Of a DNA stretch of 64,000 nt, positions 48,668 to 62,055 are shown in pieces (position 1 is the stretch's first letter; each line of letters opens with the position of its first letter). The translations under genes and the position numbers were made by a program. The stretch covers positions 96,412,001-96,476,000 of the forward strand of contig NC_086107.1 of NCBI RefSeq assembly GCF_963921235.1. The letters run 5' to 3'. The stretch is from Mobula hypostoma. Lineage: Eukaryota. Below the pieces are notes generated by a model. It was not told where the DNA came from. It saw only the letters and a list, made by a program, of their open reading frames with translations, and did not search any database.

Positions 48668-48830
48668 ACCATAAGACAATAGGAGCAGAATTAAGCCATC
48701 TGGCCCATCAAGTCTGCTCCACCATTCAATCATGGATGATCCTTTTTTCAATCTCCTTCTCAACTCCAGTTCCTGGCCTTCTCCCCGTAATCTTCAATGC
48801 CATGTGCAATCAAGAACCTATCAATCTCTG
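48668..48830 (-). mobile_element. Short CR1 3' tail fragment
   Basis: Reverse-complement similarity to the CR1 3' UTR at 46930-47080. Confidence 0.7.
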
Positions 48831-51800
48831 ATTGTTTGGCTAGAATGCCTACACTTCCCTTCCTTCAACCCTAACGTGTCACACTGAGTCCTACCTGATC
48901 TGGCTCGTACTTTGGCAGCAATATCACAATTGCCAAGTCGCCGTGGTTCACGTCCAGCTCAATTTCTCTCCAGCAAACATCACCCTGATGACAGCAGCCT
49001 TCTTGCACAGCACCGCCAATTGTGAATTTGAGGATTTACATGACCAGACCGATGGCACAATTTCAATGGAGCCGCCTCCTTTCCACTAAAATATTTCCTG
49101 TTTCACAAGGGAAGCTGCAATCAATACTAATTTTATTTCAAAGCGCCCCTGTCAACACGAGCGCAGGCACTAACATTCGAAACTCATCTTTGTGTTGCCT
49201 ATTGTGGGTAACCCGAATCTTCCATTCCTAAAACCAAACCATCTTTAACAGGTTCCAAACCAAAATGGTGAAAGGTAAAAATGAACGCACACTGAACATC
49301 TGGTGAACCAGGCTTTTATAAATTGCTGTTTTCTTCTTAAGTCACACAGTCTGTTATGAAGACTTGGGGAGCCTAAAAGCACAGGGTATAGGTTTAAGTA
49401 AGGGCTTGCTCATGCGAAGTTCTACACGTTATTCTCATTGTTACCAAAAAGGATAGGGGGAAAAAAGTCAGCCCTCTAAATTAGAGGGCAACTTTATCAG
49501 CCTGAGATTAAAGGCGCAAAGCTGATTGAAATCTGCCATTTTAAGGTACACCAGTCCTTAGCCAATTCACTATGGGTCCTGTTCCCACAATGCAGAACCA
49601 ACCTCGGTGCCCAGGGATCTTAAGCCAGCCCCGCCCCACCTGCGAACTGCATCACTGGTCCACACTACCGATTCCTCTGTGATACCTTTGTTTCTGCAGC
49701 TGCTGCATAACCACAGTCACCTCAGCAGTGAGAAGAAGAACAAGATGGTGTCTCGAACCGAAATGTCAACTCTATATTGCTCTCCATAGATGCTGCCTGA
49801 CCCTCAGAGCCCCAGCATTTTTTCTGTGTTATTCTGGCACTGCTAAATTATTTGGTACGTATAATAGTCAAGATAGGAGGATTAACTGAACTGTTTAAAA
49901 AGTGGGAAGAACTGTCCTATAATCTGTGCAGACACAAAGTCTACGGCTCCAATCTTTAAAAACCAGCCTCCGTGAGGGAAGCTCATCCACTGAAATACTG
50001 TAATTGCACATTAAATAAAGCATGAGCTGTGAACGGCTGCACTTCAGCCTTCAGCTTGAAGAGCACACACCCATTGTTGCTCCTCCCCCCCCACCGTAAG
50101 ACAAGATTCTTTTATTCCCTTTCAAAAAGGCCTAATTGCTAACCGAGCTTTGAGCAAAATGTGAACTAAAGTCTGCAACAGAACCAATAGCTCTGCATGG
50201 CAGAGGTGATCCAACCAGAATACTAAACACTCACCTTTCTGCTTCCCTTCCAAGCCCCTGCTGCACAAACTGTTCCAACCTCTTCCCCCCCCACCAACAG
50301 CCTCAAGCCTCCACCCACTAGTGAGCCCTGTTCCCAACAATCACACAGGCCCTATCTGCTGGACTGGGGCTGAGTTCACAAAGAGTTACACAACTCTGTA
50401 CAGTTATGCATGATGGTCAACGAGGTCCAAAACTGACATGGAAATTGGGGGGGGTGGGGGGGGAAGAGGAGGGAGGAGGTTTGGGCACGAGCACAGAGGG
50501 TATTAGTGGAAGGATTTTCTGCCGATTGATTGCAGTTTGTATGTTTGTGACTAATGCGGTAATGTAAGGCTGGTTGTGGCAGCTCCATCACCTGTATTAT
50601 CCACTTGATCGTGGACACGGCAGGTACAATGAGACAGTTTGCAGATGATGCAGATGTTGACAGCATTATGATGACGAAGAATGTCGTCACCAGGGCTGTG
50701 GTATCGTACGGATCAGTTGGAAAGTTGTCCAAGTGCAATAGTATGTCCGGCAGCTGTGAGGTCATACGCTCTTGGAAGTCCGGTAGCGATGGGGTAAGTA
50801 GGGTGTAGTTTGACAAAAGTGGTGACACAGCTCTAAGGAATGAGGCAGACTCACCTTCGTGGGCCAGCTCACTGAATGGAATGCCACATTGCAACTTTGA
50901 GACAATGGCCCGGCCACACCTGGGAAATCTGCGTACTGTGCTGCTCGCTACACTGTAGCAAGGGCACAGGCAAGATTCACCGGGATGCTGCCTGTACTGG
51001 CAGACTTTTGCTCTGGGTAGAGACTGGATAGGCTGCACTTGCTTCCCATGGAGACAAGGGTATCCGGGGGTTGCCCTGACACAAGGATATAACAATACAG
51101 GAGACTGGGATAGGGCAGATGGCCAAAATCCACTTCCCATGCCAGAGGTAGCATAAAATCAAGAGGATATTGAGGTGACAGGGAGGAGACTGAGGCAGAG
51201 AATGTGAAACAAGCAGGCAATTGACCAGTACAAACTACGTGCAGGCGCAGACATACAAGTTTAAATCAGCATTGGGTTCGGTGCAAAAACACAGTTTATA
51301 GTCATTCCTGAGCTCGACTGTTGTTGCTCATTACCGAGAAAGGAAAGGAGAGAATCAGTCACGTCTCTCTGTTCTGAAGGGGCAATCTCACCAGCCTGAG
51401 AGACAAAGCACCACAGGTCAATGAAATCTGCCACTTCAGGTACATTGGTTCCTGAGCAGAGCAAAAGGGAGGCATTCGTGGAAACTATTCAAGGGACAGC
51501 AGGCAAATACACACCTGCAGAGCAAAAAGGCGTAAATGCCAAATCTCAAGGGCCCAAAGTTCCTGCACTGCAAAACAGGGTCCAGTGCCCTGGGACTTGA
51601 AGCTGTCGCTTCACCAGAGTCCACACTACAGATTAAGCTGTGATGCTCCCCAATTTCATCAAAGTAACCCCACCTCTGCATTTAGGCATTGGTGATGACA
51701 ACCACACCCCTTCTCCACTGTCTCCGATGTCCCAATACACATCAGCAGTGCAGTACATTTCCCACATCTCCAGCCGCAGAATAATTTTCTAAAGATTTTG

Positions 51801-54800
51801 TTTTAAACAGACTGCAGCACCAAATAATTATTTGCCAATTCCACCCACTCAAACAAGTCACACTTCTTGTAAAGTTTAACAGCTGTTTACAGACTAACAC
51901 AAGGTGCATTACTGCCACCAACTTAATTGGAGTGTGCAGCAGAGAAACCAGGAAGTATACCCACTAATTTCCTTCTCTCCCCCCCCCCAAAAAAACTCAC
52001 ATCATCAAAAATCCTCATGGTCAAATTCACGACTCTTCCCTCCTTTTATTCCATATCTCAGTTGAGTTCCCACCACCCTGTGAATTTTATATAATTGCCC
52101 TCCTATTTTTTCCTTCTCCAAACTTCATTGCCAGAGTGAAGGAGTAGACTTTTCAATTATGACTTTCACCTCCCCATTACAGAAAGGCACCATTACAGAC
52201 ATATCTTCAATTTTAAGTGATTGCTTGGCTAGAATGTCTGTCACTTCGTTTCCTTCCAAGCCAACAATGTGTTACACTTAGACCTACCTGGCCAGCGTCA
52301 TACATTTGCACCAATGTCCAGATTTCCATATCTCTGTGGTTCAGGTGCCACTCGGTTTCTCTTCGGATTGCCCGCAGACATCACTGCAACGAGAGCTGCC
52401 TTCTTCCAGAGCGCCACAAATTGGGACTTCGATGATTTCTCTGACAGCACAATTTGACGCAGCTGCATCCTGTCCTTTTAAACATTTCCTGTTTCACAAG
52501 AAAGGCTGTGATCAACACTAGGTTTATTCCACAGCGCCCACTCCCAAACCCCTGACAACACATGCACAGGCACTAAAGTTCAAAACTAATCTTTGTGTTG
52601 CCTATTGCAGGTAACCCAAATCTTTGTCTACCAAAACCAAACCATCTTTAACAGGTTGCAAACCAAGATGGTGAAAAGTATAAAAAATAGCAAGCACTGA
52701 AAATCTGGCAAATCGGGGCTTTTATAAATTGCTGCTTTCTTGGTAAGTCACCCAATCTTTTACACAGGCTTGCAGATTCTAAAAATGATGGGCACAGACT
52801 TGAGGAAGAGCTTGCTCATATGAAGCACTGCTCCCTGTGCTTGTTGTCACTGAGAAGGACAGGCAGAAAGAAGAGAGTCAGCTCTCTAATTTAGAGAACA
52901 ATTTTATCTGCTGGAGAGGTGAGGGAGCAATACTGAATGAAATCTGCCACTTGAAGGTACGTCGGTCCCTGAGCAGGGCTAAAGAGGGCATTCGCTGCAT
53001 GGTGGGCAAATACGGAACTGCAACACAATTGGGTGCCAGCAGCAAATCACAAAATCCCCTGCTCCTATGCTACAGATCCAACCCTGGTGCTCTGTAATCT
53101 TAAACCAGCCCCCTCTCCCTGACTGCGTCCTGCATGGACAGTCCATACCACAGGTTTCTCTGTGATGCTCTTCTATCTCTGCATCTGCTGCCTAACAAGA
53201 GTTAGCTCAACAGTGAGCATAGGATCAAGATGAAGGGTCTCAGCCCGAAACCTTGAATCTTTATTGCTCTCTGTAGATAGATACGCAAAATGCTGGAGAA
53301 ACTCAGCAGGTCAGGCAGCAATGGAAATGAATCAACATTTTGGACCAGGACCCTTCTCATGACTCAGGTGCTGACTGACCTGCCGAGTTCCTCCAGCATT
53401 CTGTGTGCATTACTCTGCCACTGGTCAATCATTTGGTATGTATTAAAGTTAAGACGCGCGCGGCGGGAGGGGGTGGGGGGGGGGGGAGAAGAACTGTCCG
53501 ATAAGCTGAGACAAAATCTAAAACTCAGTCTCTGTGAGAGAAGCTCAGCCACTGAACAACTGTAATTGCAGATCAAAAAAGGATAGAGGTGTGAAAGGCT
53601 GTACCTCAGCTTTGCTGGAGAGCACACTTATTGTTGCTACTGCAGATGAGATTGTCTTATTCCCGTTAAAATTTTATTCGAGCTTTGAGCGAAATGCAAA
53701 TAAAGCTTTGCAACAGAACCAATACCTCTGCGGTGCAGATGAGCTGCAACTAGACTACCAAAAGCTCAACTACCTCATTCCCTTCCAAGCCCCACGCCTG
53801 GCAGCCGTCCTCACCCACAGCCCCAGGCCTTCCAACCACTAAGAGCCTTGGGCCCAATCGTCACACAGGTCCCATCTGCTGGCCTGGGGCCGAGTTTACA
53901 AAGAGCTCAACCACAGTTACCCGAGTCAGTGCCTGCTCTCTGCCATCTGCGCCAGGTCGCAGCCATGAGGGAGTTCAGGGGGCCTCGCATCAAACGTGGA
54001 TGTCCAAGTTAAATCATGAGCGGCGCAAACACAATGGGCCGAAAGGCCGATTGTGCACATATCTCCTCTCTGCTCCTCGTTACCAAAAAAAAAGGAAAGG
54101 AGGCGAGAGTCGGTCAGGTCTCCACCTCGGCCAAGGATAATTTCACCAGCCTCAGAGACAAGACCCCAGAAGGTCCATTGGTCCCTGAGGTTAATTATTT
54201 CACGGAAACGATTCAATACACGGTGGGCAAATACAGACTTACAATGCATTAGGATTACAAGCACCTCCCGCGCTGCACAAAACCCGGTGCCCGGGATCTG
54301 AAACGGGTTGCGCCCTGCACCGTAATCCGTGTCACAGATCACACTGCAATGCCCCATAGTTCTGCACCCACTCCGTACCCACCGTCAGCTCAGCAGCGAG
54401 CGGAGGAGCAACAGGCCGTTGTTAAAAAATGAGCACAATGTGAACTGTTAAAAAAGTGCGAGAACCTGCGCAGACACGGCGCGAATCTTTAAAATCCAGG
54501 CCAGCCAGCGCAGCAACAGAACAATATTCACACGGAGAACGAATAGAGGGGTGCACGGCTGTATCTCCGCATTCAGCCGGAGAAGCGGGCAAACACGCCC
54601 ATTGCTGTCTTTTACCAATATGGAGATTGGGAAAGTCTTTCCTCTCTCCCAAGATTTCACTTCTATCCAATTTTGGGAATTTGGTAATTTCCTGCCTTCA
54701 TCTTAAATGCAAGCTAAAGAGATACCAGCTCTGCAGGACACAGAAACTGCAAACAAGACCATGCAATTCCTGCCCCTCTCCTTTCCTTTGATGAGCTCTC

Positions 54801-56579
54801 TGGACTAGAGTCAGTGTCTGAAAGAATCTTTGCAGAGGTGCAACCCTCCAATAAGGGAGACTTTACAGAGCAACTAAACGCACTGTCCAGAGAAAATGAT
54901 CTCAATCCCACGCAGACATAATCTCAATACAGAAACAGGTCCCACACCCCCGATCCTAACCCTTGGGTAAGAGTTTTAGTTTAGATGCGGGTACGGTGGT
55001 GAGGAGTGGGGTCAGTTTCAGATTGACAAAAAAGAAAATCCAAAAGCTACCGTACCCAGCCCTGGACTACTTACTGTGATGAATCCCCACTGCTGTCCTA
55101 CAACTTCTCGCTAGGCACAGATTTCTGCGACATTCTCATTTCTGCAGCCAATGCAGAATAGGAATCAGACAGAGAGCAAAGCCACCGAGGCAGCTATTCA
55201 GTTGCTATGTTTGAAAACTCAGAGAGAAGCACAGACTGAACAAAACAAATTAAGGTGGCAATCTGACAACCTGTGGAAACCAAGTTCGTGGCTTAAATCT
55301 TTAAAATCCAGCAAAACCACTCAATTATAATCGCACAGAATTTTTTTTTTAAAACAGACGTGAACGGCTGCAACTGACTCTCTATCTGGGAAAGCACAAA
55401 CCCATTGTTGCTTTTTACAAAAATCTATCGATTGGAAATCCCTTTCTCCTTCCTAAGAACTCAAATCACCCGAATTTCGGGAACTTTGCAGGAGCAACAC
55501 ACCACAGCAGGACACGGGAACTGCAAACAGACGGCGCAATTCTTGCCCTCTCCTGTCCTTGGACCGATATTTCCAGACTCGAGTCAGTGCCTGAAAGAAT
55601 CTTTGCAGCGCTGTGACCCTCCGACATGGCAGGGGAGATTTTACTGACCAGCTAGAAAAATGAGCGCTGAGCCATACAGATAGGGAAACTCTGCCTACCC
55701 GACCTCGTCCTTCCTCTCCGTCAGGCTCACTCCCCCTCAGCCATAAACTTGGACTGAGATGCATCTTGCGAAGGGAGCATTGTGAAGATTATTTTCACCT
55801 ACACCTCCCAGCCCAGCCCCAAAGCCCTCCTCAGTAACACATTCAGAATTCGGCTAGGGCGCAACCCCGCCCTTCTCCACCGTCTCAGATGTCCACACAT
55901 CAGCAGAGCAAAGCATGCCCCATATCCAGCCGAAAATAAATTTCCAAAGATTTTCTTCAGATAATTATTTTCCAAGGCCGCTCACTAAAAGTTGTTAAAA
56001 GTTCTTCTTGCAAAGTTTAATGGCGACTGACAGAACAACACGAGGCGCCATCTAAGGAATTGGAAAGTGGAGCAAAGGGACGGGGATAACACCCACGAAA
56101 TTCCCTCAAATAATATCGTAATGTCTTATGCTTTTCAGAAAGTGTTATCTTAGTGAGTTTTGCATCCGTTTCTGTCCCAAGGATCTTAATTGAGCAATTA
56201 GACATTTCCTCTTCACCTCATAGGAATTGAATTCAAACAATACCGGTTCTTGACAAGTGCATTCCCTGCAAATGCCGAATCGTGCTTATTAATTCTGAAC
56301 AAGGAATTATTGTCCAACACGTAAAGGTGTGAGTACAACGTCTTCCCTCCCTTTCAACCGTCTCTCAGTTCAATTCCACCATCCTCTGAATGTTATATAA
56401 ACACTGCCCTTTTTTTCCCTTCTCCCCAGTTCGTGATCGAATAGACTTTTTAATTACGACTCTCACCTCCCCTATATAGAAAGACATCACTACATTTACA
56501 TCTTTAACTTTAATGATTGCTTGGCTAGAACCTCCGCACTTCCCTTCCTCCAACACCAGCACCTTGTAACACTGAGCCC

Positions 56580-57200
56580 TACCGGGTCTGGGTCGTTTGG
56601 CAGCGACGTCCACAATTGCCAGATCGCCGTGGTTCACGTTCAGCTCGGTTTCCCTCCAGCAAACATCACGCCGACCACAGCCGCCTTCTTCCTCAGCGCC
56701 GCGGACAGTCCGCTTGAGCATTTAGGTGGCCGACGGCACAATTTCGATGGAGCCGCCTCCTTTCCCTTCAAATACTTTCTGCTTCACAAGAAAGGCTGTA
56801 ATCAGTACTTGTTTGATTCCAAAGCGCCCACTCCCGAACCCTTGCCGACACACACGCGGGCACTAACGTTCAGAACTCATCTTTGTGTTGCACATGGCGG
56901 GCGACCCGAACCATCTTCAACAGGTTCCAAACCAAGATGGCGGCCAGTGCAGAACATCCGGGCTTTTACAGATTGTTTTCCGCGCGGGCTTGCGGATCCG
57001 AGAAATGAAGGGCGTTGGTTTCAGGGAGAGTTTGTCCGTGTGCCGCACTGCTCTCCGTGCGCGTTGTTACCGGCAAGGAGAGGGTCACCTCTCTAAATTA
57101 GAGGAGAACCTGAGAGGGGAGAGCGCAAAATTGACATCGGACCCTGAGCAGGGTTAACGGGGAAAGGCCTCAAGCAATGGCGGGCAAGGCTGGTTAATGA
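56580..57200. promoter_or_regulatory. CpG-rich segment with a YY1 consensus, candidate promoter
   Basis: Dense CpG relative to the paralogous modules; CAAGATGGCGGC at 56933-56944. Confidence 0.4.
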
Positions 57201-58316
57201 GCTGAGCTCACATGGGGTTCAGGGCGAGACAGACAACCGAATGCAAAATTTGTTCAGGGTTGGAAGTCAGAGGGAGACAGAGGATGGTTGTTAATCAGAT
57301 TGAAGTCCTGTGATCAGTGCTGGGTTTCCTGGTTGCCATATTAACAATTTGCATGAAAATCTAAGTAGCCTAACTGGTGAGTTTGTGGACAACAACAAAA
57401 TAATTGGTGTGTCAGGGGAAAAAAAAGTTGTCTATAATTAGAATTGGATCTTTATAAGTAGGAAAATTTGGCAAATAAATGGCGGGTAGAATTTAACAGC
57501 ATCAGGTGATATATTTAGTGAAGTTAAACCAGAGCACAGCCTACATAGTGAATGGCAGGGCTTTGGGAAGTGTTGTACAACAGAAGGACGTAGGTGTTCA
57601 GGTATACAGTTACCTGGAAGTGCTGAGACAGATAGACAAGATGGTGAGAAGCTTGTATGACCTGCTTGTTTTCATCAGACAGGACATTCATTGCAACAGT
57701 TGGATTGACTTTAAATACCGTGTGCTGCAGTCAATTTGAGCTCCCCTTTGGTCAGGGGTGACCAAGGATGTTTCATCTTAGCTGCCTATGTGATAAGCAA
57801 GTCAGGGCAGTACGATATGGAGAGCAAGCTGTTGCCCATGCAGCAGGCTTCCCCTCTCGGTGCAGCTGATTAATTCAAAGGAACGGCAGAGACCAATCAG
57901 TTTGTTACCAGTGGCGTTGCGGGAGTTGCCAGTCAGCGTTGAATTCAACGTAGTACTGCCTTGTCTCTCGGTCCCCTTTAAATTTTTCCCATTTCAGCCT
58001 TAAATCTATGTCCCTTGGTTGTCAAATCTGTTGCTGTGTGTTGCCACATTGTATTGAGAGCAAGGCCATACTTTCTGTGACATCTCTTGTGGGTCTTCCA
58101 AAACATTAAGCAGTCTGCAAATCAGAACAAGCTTCCTTCACACTCGAGCGATATTGATAACTTAATGAACAGTAGCCCTGTAGATACAAAACTATGGGAG
58201 GGTGGGGTGGGAAGAAAGAACATCTACCCTATCTTCTGCCCCTTGTGATTTTATATACCCTTAAGTTTATCTCTCAGCCTCCTTCACTCCAATGAAAACA
58301 ATACCAGTCTATTCAG

Positions 58317-58959
58317 TGAAATACTCTGGTTTCCTTGGCTGTGTAAGTCCACGGAAGACACTCAAGTCCTGCCAAATATGTGAGATTGAGAGAGAGTGCT
58401 CGATCCCACCCCAAACCCCGGTGTGTAATTTGCTACCCTGTTACAAATTAGTGTCCTGAAGTAACAGACAGTACACTGTATACGGCTAAAGGAATTATAT
58501 TTATGAATCTTAACGAAAGGGTTAGTAAAGAATAACAAAAAGAAAAGGGCCCATTCTAATTAAGCAGTCAAATGTGCACAATTTGGAGCTCATCTTGAAC
58601 TTCTGTCGCTCATGCGCTGGGCCCTCGGTCAGTGTGAATGCCCACACCACCTTCCGAATGTTGCTCGCAATCCATCTCAAACAAACGGGTCTCCCACCGG
58701 ATTGAATCCTACAATCGATTCTCCACAGCATCTTCTCTCTTCATCTCCCGCTAAACAAAAACCCTAAGCCCAACCTTAGTGTCCCTCACCAGAGAAACCA
58801 CCCCTTAATTTGACCATCCTAACTGGACGGCACACATTTCTCCTCATCTCTTATCTTCAAAAATAACCCAAACAAACTGAAAACAAGCTGCTCTTACAGA
58901 ATCGTCCAAAATGAAATACATACAGCATAACGGTAAAAATATGAACCCAGGGCATTACA
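58317..58959. mobile_element. Solo LTR (Gypsy-type) inserted in a minus-strand CR1 relic
   Basis: TG...CA with imperfect 17-bp inverted termini (TGAAATACTCTGGTTTC / GAACCCAGGGCATTACA) and 4-bp TSD TCAG. Confidence 0.72.
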
Positions 58960-58984
58960 TCAGTCTCTCTTTATAAGACAATAA

Positions 58985-59590
58985 GTGTGTGTATATGTGT
59001 TTGGCCTCCGTTGGTCGTGGTCGACCATGGGTACTGCGCATCTGGTAGTCACTGGGGAGTGTCCCCTCCAGGGCGCAAGCCAGGGCAGAGTTAATATGGA
59101 GATCCGTCTGTTGCCCATGTAGTGGGACCCCCCTCTCCACGCTGATGACAGGTCCAAAGGAATGAAAAAAGTCGATACAATTTGGTGCCAGCAGCATCGC
59201 AGGAGTTGCTGTGCCGGTGCTGGGTACAGCAGTCAGCCGCCTTCGGGACTCTGACTCCGGATTTTTCCTCGGGGTTTACTCCCAAAGCCTTTCCCGTGAG
59301 TGGGTATAGCTGCAAGGCAGCGGAGGTTTGAAATCAGAGTTTTCCCTCTCATAGATGAGCTACCATCCGTGGTTAACGAGCCCCATCTGCCCAGAGCAAC
59401 TGGTTTTAAGGCGCCAGTGGCCCGCCTTTGCCCCTTCTCCTGTCAGTGAGAGCAGCTCCACCGGGCATAAGAACTATGGCACACGTGAAGGCTGGGAGTT
59501 GGACTGGGTTATCAGAGGCTGTTTGAGACGCACGCCATGAAGAGCATTTGTTTAGAAGCGGGAGCTCGTCCCCACTACCACCCTTCGGCT
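58985..59590 (-). mobile_element. RTE-derived non-autonomous element (5' UTR plus 3' tail)
   Basis: Minus strand ends CCATGGTCGACCACGACCAACGGAGGCCAAAC(AC/AT)n. Related pieces at ~57735-57960 (same strand) and ~39325-39428 (opposite strand). Confidence 0.55.
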
Positions 59591-59614
59591 ATGACTACCT
59601 TTGGAGCCAAGACA

Positions 59615-62055
59615 TTAAGACATAGGAACAAATTAGGCTATTCGGCTCATTGAGTCTGCTCGTCCATTCCATCAGGGCTGATTTATTCTCCGCCTTCTCT
59701 GTGTAACCTTTGATGCCCTGACTAATCAAGAACCTCTGATTTAAATATATTTTATCACATTGCCTCCATAGCCACCTGTGGCAAAAAAATTCCACAGATT
59801 CACTACCCTCTGGCTAATGACATTTCACCTTACCGCTATTCTAAATACCCTCCATTCTGAGGCTGTGCCCTCTGGTCCTAGATTCACCCACTATAGGAAA
59901 CATTCTCTTCATGTCCACTCTATCTAGTCCTTTCTTATTCAAGAGGTTTCAATGAGATCCCTTCCCCCCCCCCATTCTTCTAAGTCTCAGTGAGTACAGA
60001 CACAGAGTCATCAGACACTCTTTATACATTAAACTTCTCTCGAGTTATTCTCGTAAACCTCCTCCATCCTCTCCAATGCCACCACATCTTTTCTTGGATA
60101 AGGGACTTAAAATTGTTCTCAGAAATGCTCCCAAAAATACTCCAAGTATGGTCTGACCAATGCCTTATAAAACCTCAGCATTACATCCTTATTTTTATAC
60201 TCTACTTCTCACAAAATGAATACTAACATTGCATTTGCCTTCCTTACCACCAACTCAACCTGCAAGTTAACTTTAGGGAATCCTGCATGAGGAGTCTCTC
60301 CATTTAGAAAATAGTCCACTCCTTTATTTCTTCTACCAAAGTGCATGAGCATACACTTCCCTGTACTGTATTACACCTGCCACTTCTTTGCCTATTCTCC
60401 CAATCTATCTAAGTCCTTCTGCAGAGTCCCTGGTTCCTCAACACTCTCTGCCCCTCCACCTACTGTGTCGTTGCATCATTTGCAAACTTGGCCACAAAGC
60501 CATCAGTTTTATCATCCAAATCATTGACATACAACGTGAAAAGAAACAGTCCCAACACTGATCCCTGCAGAACTTCACTAGCCACCTACAGCCAACCAGA
60601 AAAGGCTCCCTTTATTCCCACTTTTTGCCTCTTGCCAGTCAGCCAACTTTCTATCCATGCTTGTATCTTCCTTGTTCTTATCTTGTTAAGCAGCCTCATA
60701 TGCAGCACCCTGTCAAAAGCTTTTTGAAAATCCAAGTAAACAACTTTCACAAACTCTCCTTTATCTATCCTGCTTGTTACTTTCTCAAAGAATTGCGACT
60801 AATTAGTCAGGGAAAAGTTCCCCTTAAAGAAACCATGCCAACTTCGATCTGTTTTATCATGTGCCTCCAAATCTCTGAAACTTCATCCTTAGTAGTGGAC
60901 TCCAACATCTTCTTAACCACTGAAGTCAGATTAACTGACCTATAATGTCCTTTGTTCTGCCTCCCTCCCTTCTTAGAGTGGAGTGACATTTGCTATTTTC
61001 CAATGTCCAGAACCATTTCAAAATCCAGTAATTCTTGAAAGATCATTACTAATGCCTCCACAAGCTCTTTTGCTACCTCTTTCAGAATCCTTGAGTGTTG
61101 TCCACGTGGTCCAGGTCTACCTGCAGACTTTACAGCTTCTCAAGCACCTTCTCCTTAGTAATAGCAACTACACTCACTTCTGCCCCCTGACTCTCTCGAA
61201 TTTCTGTCATGCTACTAGTGCCTTCCACAGTGAGGACTAGCGCAAAATACTTATTAAGTTTGTCCGCCATTTGTTTGTCCTCATGACTACCTCCAGCGTC
61301 GTTTTTCAGTGGTCTGATATCCATTTTTACCTCTCTTTTACTCTTTATATTTTGGAAAAAAGCGTTTGGTATCCTCTTATATTATTGACTAGCTTACATT
61401 CACATTTTTCTCTCCTTATGGCTATTTAATTGCTTTCTGTTAGATTTTTAAAACTGCCCAATCCGCTAACTTCCCATTATTTTTGCTGTAGTACATGCCC
61501 TCTCTTTTAATTTTATGCTATCTATATAACTCAAGTCCTCTAGTGCCTGCAGCATCCTCATGAATCTTCTCTGCTTGGAAGGCTTTTTTGTTCCTCTGTG
61601 TTCATGAATGGATGAATGATAATTAAACATGGATTTAATTTGATTTGATTATCTTAATCACATGCTTCCTATTACGTGGTGACCAAAACTGCACACGGTA
61701 CAGTGTAGTCTCATTGTTGCCTTGTACAGTTATGAAATGACGTCCCAAATCTTGTACTCTGTGCCTCAGCTAATGAAGGCAAGCATGCCAGATGCCTTTT
61801 TTACCAGCTTGTCCATCTTTGTAACACCTTTCAGGAAAATATCTACTTGTCCCCTGAAGTCTCCCTGTTCAATAGCACTCACCAGGGCAATGCCATTTAA
61901 CTGCCTTCCGCTGGTTTAACTTCCCAAAGTGATTCATTTTGCACTTGTGTGAGTTAAATTCCATCGGCCATTGTTCTGCTGTCTTCGCTGTAGATCTTGT
62001 TGTAACATTAGATAACCTTCACTGACTGTCACCAATTTTAAGTGTCATCTGCAAA
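59615..62055 (-). mobile_element. Degenerate CR1 LINE pieces (59615-61520 and ~61670-62055)
   Basis: Minus-strand KKGGRQNKGHYRSVNLTSVV and DKQMADKLNKYFALVLTVE, with a CR1 tail at 59615-59700; homologous to 10800-12100. Confidence 0.82.

Larger units (their letters stand above)
39700..57170. repeat. Hierarchical local duplication array of apparently non-coding modules
   Basis: A ~350-bp module at ~41513, 48916, 52305 and 56601. A CAGCCTTCAGCTGGAG..CACCCATTG-like motif at ~40873, 42121, 44800, 47555, 50045, 53606, 54565 and 55375. An old CR1 relic duplicated at ~39720-40170 and ~50730-51210. Confidence 0.85.

Noticed and set aside
39700..57170. miRNA (miR-430/302-like), tRNA or CRISPR-like array
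   Set aside because: No repeated seed-bearing hairpins, no tRNA A/B boxes and no regular repeat-spacer periodicity seen by eye; a formal scan was not run.
59430..59560. HDV-like ribozyme in the RTE-derived 5' UTR (minus strand)
   Set aside because: Some pairings are suggestive but I could not build a complete nested double pseudoknot from these degenerate copies.
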